From contig DATFMH010000069.1 of assembly GCA_035267045.1 (NCBI GenBank), positions 6,208 through 70,207 on the forward strand: 64,000 nt of DNA, given 5' to 3'. Shown piece by piece: positions 58,966 through 64,000 of the stretch. The number at the start of each line of letters is the position of its first letter. Within the stretch, counting starts at the first letter, position 1. The notes under the pieces were generated by a model. The model saw only the letters and a program-made list of their open reading frames with translations. It was not told where the DNA came from and searched no databases. The translations under genes and the position numbers were made by a program. Source of the DNA: Balneolales bacterium (GTDB lineage: Bacteria > Bacteroidota > Rhodothermia > Balneolales > DATFMH01).

Positions 58966-61857
58966 TTATGTCAATGCTTTTGCCAATAATACGGCAGGAT
59001 GGTCGGCTTCTTTTTGAACCCCATCTTTAATTTGGTGCCGGCAGGAAAAACCGGGAGCACAGATCAATTCATAGTCATCTCCATTTCTTAGTGCGGGGAA
59101 TAGACGCAATTCACCTATTTGCATCGATACATCATAATGGTCTGCCTCATAACCGAAACTGCCGGCCATACCACAGCAGCCCGTTAACAAATCCATAGGT
59201 TTAAATCCGGCCCTTGTTAAGAGTTCCACCGTGGGTTGCGTGCCCACAAGCGCCTTGGCGTTACAATGCCCGTGAACGGCAACCTTCTTTTTCTTACCAT
59301 TAATCAATTTTTGAACTTTTCCCGGATTATCAAACTCCTTCAATAACAAAAATTCCTCGAACATATAGGTGTTATCCGCTACTTTTTGGGCTTTATCCAG
59401 ATACTCATCGTCACATATATCGAGATATTCATCCCGGAACATCAAAATTTCAGAAGGTTCAAGTCCAATAATAGGTATCTTTTGATCTGCAATAGGATAC
59501 AGCGAATCAATATTCTTTTGAGCCGTTACTCTGGCCTTTTCAAGCAGGCCTTTAGAAACCTGTGTCCGGCCACTTTCCATGCAACCATTGACTAAAACAT
59601 TATACCCCAGGTGCTCGAGTACCTGAACGGCCGCTTCCGCTATTCCGGGTTCATGATAGTTGGTAAAAATATCGACAAATAAAAAGACGTCCGGCCGGTT
59701 GTTTTCAGATGGTGATTGATGTTTTTTGTTAAACCATTCGATAAACGTCCGCTCCGCAAAGCGTGGTAATTCCCTGTCGGGATGCACATTTAATATCCGT
59801 TTATATAAATTTTTGGCAACCGGTGTGGCGTTAAACCAATTTGTCAGTTTTGGGAATAAGGAGGCCAGGGGATAGAAACGCGAGGGTTCCCCGAAAAAAC
59901 GATGCGATAGTGATACCCCATACTCATTCTGCCATCCGTTAAGAAATTCTGATTTCATCTTTGCCATATCCACATTGGCCGGACATTCTGTTTTGCATCC
60001 TTTACACATCAGACAAAGATCCAACGCTTCTTTCAATTCGGGAGATGTAAATGCCCCGGCCTGCTTTCCCGAGAATAACTGTCGAAACAAATTGGCTCTT
60101 CCACGCGTCGTATCTTTTTCTTCTTTGGTAGCCATATAAGATGGACACATCGTACCGCCGCTTTCTGCCAGTTTACGGCATACGCCGGCTCCGTTGCATT
60201 GTTCAACAGCTCCGGCGAATCCTTTTTCATTTCGATACTTAAATACGGTATCCACATCCGGTGTTTTATAGGATGGCGTATAGCGCAAGTCGGTATCGAT
60301 TGGTTCAGCGTCTACAATTTTACCCGGATTAAAAATAACATTGGGATCCCAGATCTTTTTAACCTGCTTGAGTAACTTCATCATGTCCGCGCCCAGCACC
60401 TTTTCGATATAAGGAGCCCGGGCTCTTCCATCACCATGTTCGCCTGAGAGGGATCCTTTATATGAATGAACGAGATCCGCTATTTCTTCTGCCATGGCTT
60501 TCATCTTACGAACACCATCTCCCGACTTCAAATCCAGAACCGGGCGCAAATGCAGCTCCCCAACTGATGCATGAGCATAAAAAACACAGGTAGTATCATA
60601 TTTATCAAGCAGTTTCCGGAAATCCTTTACATAAGCGGGTAAATCCTGAACCCTAACGGAAGTGTCTTCACAAAAAGAAGGTGATTTTGTATCTGACGAA
60701 AGTCCCATAAGTAATCCGAGGCCCGCTTTACGAAGATCCCATACCTTTTTCATCTTCATTTCGTCTTCAATAACCGGACAGGTATAACCCAGGTCCTGTT
60801 TCTCAAATATCGATTGCAGGTTGTTCGCTTTATCACGCAGCTTATCGATGTCGTCGCCTTCGAACTGAATAACGAGTATATATTCGGGATCATCTTCCAG
60901 GAAGAACCGGTTTTTACGTTGTTCGATATTACCTTTTGTGGCATCCAGTATGATATAATCGACCAGCTCAACGGCCGATGGATCGTGTTTAACGGCTTCC
61001 ACTGTTGCCCTCATCGCTTCATCAAGGGTTCTGAATTGAGGGATAACCAATAGCCTGCAGGGATCAAGCGGTGTCAGATCTAATTTAGCGCTTACTGTCA
61101 CAGCCAGTGTACCTTCGCTGCCGCAGAGCAATTCAGCCATGTTAAACGGTCGTCCATCAGGAACAAACGGCTGCATCGTGCATAATTTATCTAAAGCATA
61201 ACCGGTATTTCGCCTTATAATTTCAGGATAAGGGTAGGCTTCTAAAATGGCTTCGCGGTTTTCATTAATAAGCCTGATCATCTCCCTGTAGATATGTCCT
61301 TCGAGATCATCCTGTTGTTGTTTAGCCTTGAGTCCTTCATTCGATAATGGCTCGAAAACAACCTTGCTTCCGTCGCTTAATACGGCTTCAACTTCAACGA
61401 TATGATCTCTCGTACTACCATGTTTAATGGAAAAAGAACCGGCTGAATTATTTCCGATCATGCCACCCATCATACACCTGTTGGTCGTAGACGTGTCCGG
61501 GCCAAATATCAAGTTATACTTACCGGCTTGCCTGTTTAACGTATCGCGAATGACGCCGGGTTGTACATGGGCTATTCTCTCATCCGGATCGATGCCCAAT
61601 ATCTCTGTCATATGGCGTGACACATCCATGATAATGCCGTCTCCAGTGGCCTGACCCGCCAGGCTGGTACCGGCACTTCGCGGCGTTATGGATACATTGT
61701 GTTCGGCAGCCCAAACGACCAGCTTCCGGATGTCATCGACCGTCTTTGGTAACGTAACGCCTCTGGGACGTTCTTCATACATGGAAGCATCATTGGAATA
61801 AAGCGAAAGTGTTAGCTCATCGGTTTTTATAACACCGTCATACATAGTCGAGGACAT
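58966..61857 (-). CDS. FAD-linked oxidase fused to 4Fe-4S and CCG domains (YdiJ-like; putative D-2-hydroxyacid / D-2-hydroxyglutarate dehydrogenase)
   Basis: 963 aa. N-terminal PCMH-type FAD domain (RSAGTSLAGQATG), then CPSYMATKEE...CLMCKGCKTECP ferredoxin motifs and C-terminal CCG repeats (GCCGMAGSFGYE). Confidence 0.75.
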   Translation of the reverse strand: MSSTMYDGVIKTDELTLSLYSNDASMYEERPRGVTLPKTVDDIRKLVVWAAEHNVSITPRSAGTSLAGQATGDGIIMDVSRHMTEILGIDPDERIAHVQPGVIRDTLNRQAGKYNLIFGPDTSTTNRCMMGGMIGNNSAGSFSIKHGSTRDHIVEVEAVLSDGSKVVFEPLSNEGLKAKQQQDDLEGHIYREMIRLINENREAILEAYPYPEIIRRNTGYALDKLCTMQPFVPDGRPFNMAELLCGSEGTLAVTVSAKLDLTPLDPCRLLVIPQFRTLDEAMRATVEAVKHDPSAVELVDYIILDATKGNIEQRKNRFFLEDDPEYILVIQFEGDDIDKLRDKANNLQSIFEKQDLGYTCPVIEDEMKMKKVWDLRKAGLGLLMGLSSDTKSPSFCEDTSVRVQDLPAYVKDFRKLLDKYDTTCVFYAHASVGELHLRPVLDLKSGDGVRKMKAMAEEIADLVHSYKGSLSGEHGDGRARAPYIEKVLGADMMKLLKQVKKIWDPNVIFNPGKIVDAEPIDTDLRYTPSYKTPDVDTVFKYRNEKGFAGAVEQCNGAGVCRKLAESGGTMCPSYMATKEEKDTTRGRANLFRQLFSGKQAGAFTSPELKEALDLCLMCKGCKTECPANVDMAKMKSEFLNGWQNEYGVSLSHRFFGEPSRFYPLASLFPKLTNWFNATPVAKNLYKRILNVHPDRELPRFAERTFIEWFNKKHQSPSENNRPDVFLFVDIFTNYHEPGIAEAAVQVLEHLGYNVLVNGCMESGRTQVSKGLLEKARVTAQKNIDSLYPIADQKIPIIGLEPSEILMFRDEYLDICDDEYLDKAQKVADNTYMFEEFLLLKEFDNPGKVQKLINGKKKKVAVHGHCNAKALVGTQPTVELLTRAGFKPMDLLTGCCGMAGSFGYEADHYDVSMQIGELRLFPALRNGDDYELICAPGFSCRHQIKDGVQKEADHPAVLLAKALT

Positions 61858-62156
61858 AAATTAACAATTCTTTTAATTGCCGGATTCAGATACAACAAGC
61901 AAAGTATAAAAAACCGGAATAATGTGTTACCGTTATCTGTGGTTTTAAATACCTTTATACTACAGTATAACGAGAACATGAGATAAGATGGTTCATTCAG
62001 ATTAGAGCAAAAAGATAGAATGCGCTTGTCTGCCGGCAGGCTGGGAGGAAACGGACTACACGTAATTTCGCGGGATCAAAATTTTCGAAATAGCAGGCAG
62101 GCACATGCCAAAGCATGTACCTGTCGGTAATGGTCTATCTAAAAAAGCTAATACTT

Positions 62157-63362
62157 TTACACCAATTCGAAATGTTTCAACGCCGTATCCACAATTTCAT
62201 CTCCAAGGGATAAACCGGCTGTTGCGGCAGGGCTCGGGGCATTCAATACATGTATTTCATTTCTGCTTTTGACAAAATAGAAATCATCCACGATTTCACC
62301 ATCATGATCGAGAGCCATGGCACGAACACCAGCGGGAGCCGGTTGTATGTGATGACTTTGGATGGCAGGAACCAACTGCTGTAATCCTCGTAAAAATGCT
62401 TGTTTTGAGAACGAACGGTACATTTCATCCAGTCCCATGCGCCAGTGTTTATAGGCCAGTTTCCAGAATCCCGGAAATTGGAATGTCTCTATCGTATCAT
62501 TCAGATTAAAGGAAACTTTGTTATAACCTTCCCTTTTGAAAGCAAAAACAGCATTAGGGCCGCATTCAACACCGCCGAGAACCATTCTGGTGAAATGAAC
62601 GCCCAAAAATGGAAATTCGGGATTGGGGAGGGGATAAATCAGACCTTTAACCAGGTACTGTGCTTCGGGAGTCAATTCATAGTATTCACCACGAAACGGT
62701 ACAATCTGAATACTTGATTTAAAACCGGCCGCTTCCGCAACATGGTCACAGTGCAGACCGGCACAATTGATCAGGAACCTGGTTTTAAATTCACTTGTCC
62801 TGGTTTGTACCACAAGGCCGCTTCCGTCATGTAAAATGTTAGTAACCTCTTCATTGAATTTCACTTCGCCATTCCGGGAGTCGATAATATCTTTTTCTCT
62901 TTCACAAACTCCTTTGAAATCGACAATACCTGTAACCGGGACTTTAATGGCTTTCACACCCTTTGCGTAAGGTTCAATTTCCGCAAGCTCCTCCTTGTCG
63001 ATAAGTTTTATGCCTTCAATTTCATTTTGCCTGCCACGCTCGTAAATAGACATAAGTGAAGGAAGTTGCGTTTCATCGGTGGCAACAATGACCTTGCCGC
63101 AGATATCATATTTTACATCATGTTTCTGACAAAAATCGACCAGCTGTTTTCGGCCATCCACACAGTTTCGGGCTTTATAACTACCAGGTTTATAATATAT
63201 ACCCGAATGAATCACCCCTGAATTATTACCCGTCTGATGGGCAGCCACTTCCGATTCCTTATCAAGAACGAGAATACGCAGATCAGGTTTTTCCAATGAC
63301 AGTTTATAAGCCGTCGACAGTCCTACAATACCCGCACCGACAATCGTTACATCATAACTCAT
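62157..63362 (-). CDS. lhgO: L-2-hydroxyglutarate oxidase/dehydrogenase (LhgO/YgaF-like FAD enzyme)
   Basis: N-terminal YDVTIVGAGIVGLSTAY, GVIHSGIYYKPGS, about 400 aa, and an overall LhgO-like pattern. Confidence 0.7.
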   Translation of the reverse strand: MSYDVTIVGAGIVGLSTAYKLSLEKPDLRILVLDKESEVAAHQTGNNSGVIHSGIYYKPGSYKARNCVDGRKQLVDFCQKHDVKYDICGKVIVATDETQLPSLMSIYERGRQNEIEGIKLIDKEELAEIEPYAKGVKAIKVPVTGIVDFKGVCEREKDIIDSRNGEVKFNEEVTNILHDGSGLVVQTRTSEFKTRFLINCAGLHCDHVAEAAGFKSSIQIVPFRGEYYELTPEAQYLVKGLIYPLPNPEFPFLGVHFTRMVLGGVECGPNAVFAFKREGYNKVSFNLNDTIETFQFPGFWKLAYKHWRMGLDEMYRSFSKQAFLRGLQQLVPAIQSHHIQPAPAGVRAMALDHDGEIVDDFYFVKSRNEIHVLNAPSPAATAGLSLGDEIVDTALKHFELV

Positions 63363-63750
63363 GTATATTATAAAAATTTAACCCTATGAATAATTTCAGT
63401 TAAGAGATCAGTACTTCAAATAAATATAGTTTATTAACTGACAGCCATACTTTTATAAAATAGTACCCGTCTTACAGCTTGTCAGAGCATATTTCATATA
63501 ATATAATAGAACGACCTTAAAAAGAATATCAGGAATTCTTGCATATCGACGAGTGTATTTATAGAACGCGAATTAGGCGCTTCGCGAGAGACAAGATGTA
63601 AGCGTTAAGTGTTAAGATTTTATTACAATGATCAATAAACAATGGAGGAAAAGCATAGCGCAGAGTGCATGGTGCATAAAGGCTTCATAGTTTTTATAGT
63701 ACTTAGTGTATTAAGTGAGATCACGTCATTTATAATAACTTTAAGTACCA

Positions 63751-64000
63751 CTACTCAAAATCAGTGGTTAGCTTGTAGCGGGCAATGCGATTATTATTTT
63801 TATCGGCTACATAGACAACTTTACTGAAATAAGCCACGCCACTTGGATCATCCAGGTTCTTGGGCCCCGATCCCCGGCCTCCGAAAGATACGATAACCGG
63901 TTTTGTGGCATCCGATCCGACTGGCGGTGTTACTCCCTCATAACCGTTTGACTGAAATACATACAAACTGTCGGTACCCGCATCGACTACAAAGATGTAA
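63751..64000 (-). CDS. NHL-repeat (beta-propeller) protein, C-terminal part (5' end outside window)
   Basis: The reverse frame is open to the window edge (...YIFVVDAGTDSLYVFQSNGYEG...PSGVAYFSKVVYVADKNNNRIARY), which is a typical NHL blade signature. Confidence 0.6.
   Translation of the reverse strand, partial: YIFVVDAGTDSLYVFQSNGYEGVTPPVGSDATKPVIVSFGGRGSGPKNLDDPSGVAYFSKVVYVADKNNNRIARYKLTTDFE

Noticed and set aside
63642-63827. 61-aa ORF in the lhgO / NHL spacer, and the 14043..14228 ORF upstream of the Omp85 gene.
   Set aside because: The first runs through word-module repeats and into the NHL gene on the opposite strand. The second is an AT-rich promoter-region ORF with a partial overlap of the Omp85 start. 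Neither has supporting motifs.

Overview
This is a 64-kb chromosomal window that looks like an FCB-group bacterium (Bacteroidota, Balneolota or Rhodothermota-like). That placement rests on gldA-gldF-gldG-DUF4340 and gldC homologues, TamB paired with an Omp85 protein, and an Nramp-USP fusion. The sequence is moderately AT-rich by eye; GC was not computed. I can support about 50 protein-coding genes, mostly housekeeping. They cover translation and RNA modification (gltX, two pseudouridine synthases), DNA replication and repair (priA, recN, nth, scpB, comM/yifB-like), proteostasis and redox (lon, trxB) and energy metabolism (split pntAA-pntAB-pntB). They also include an mntH(USP fusion)-mntR manganese module, tamB with its Omp85 partner, and a putative D-/L-2-hydroxyglutarate oxidoreductase pair. 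By eye I found no rRNA, tRNA, tmRNA, CRISPR array, intact mobile element or recognisable defence island. The only mobile-element trace is a 5'-truncated rve-domain transposase fragment. I did not find a convincing multi-gene novel system. The best leads are: (1) a MEMO/AmmeMemoRadiSam-B-like enzyme with an N-terminal extension of about 120 aa that looks PqqD/RRE-like and lacks its usual partner genes. (2) A clear tandem-duplication scar: two MORN lipoprotein paralogues separated by a frameshifted relic of the gld-operon 3' end and its terminator. (3) A dispersed family of short GC-rich word modules (imperfect tandem words of 7-10 nt, palindromes, hairpins) that fills a 764-bp gene-free spacer and sits directly against the stop codons of many genes. 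(4) A possible SdpA/SdpB-like (HTTM) membrane pair next to a MITE-like element. All homology calls come from motif recognition by eye, not from database searches.
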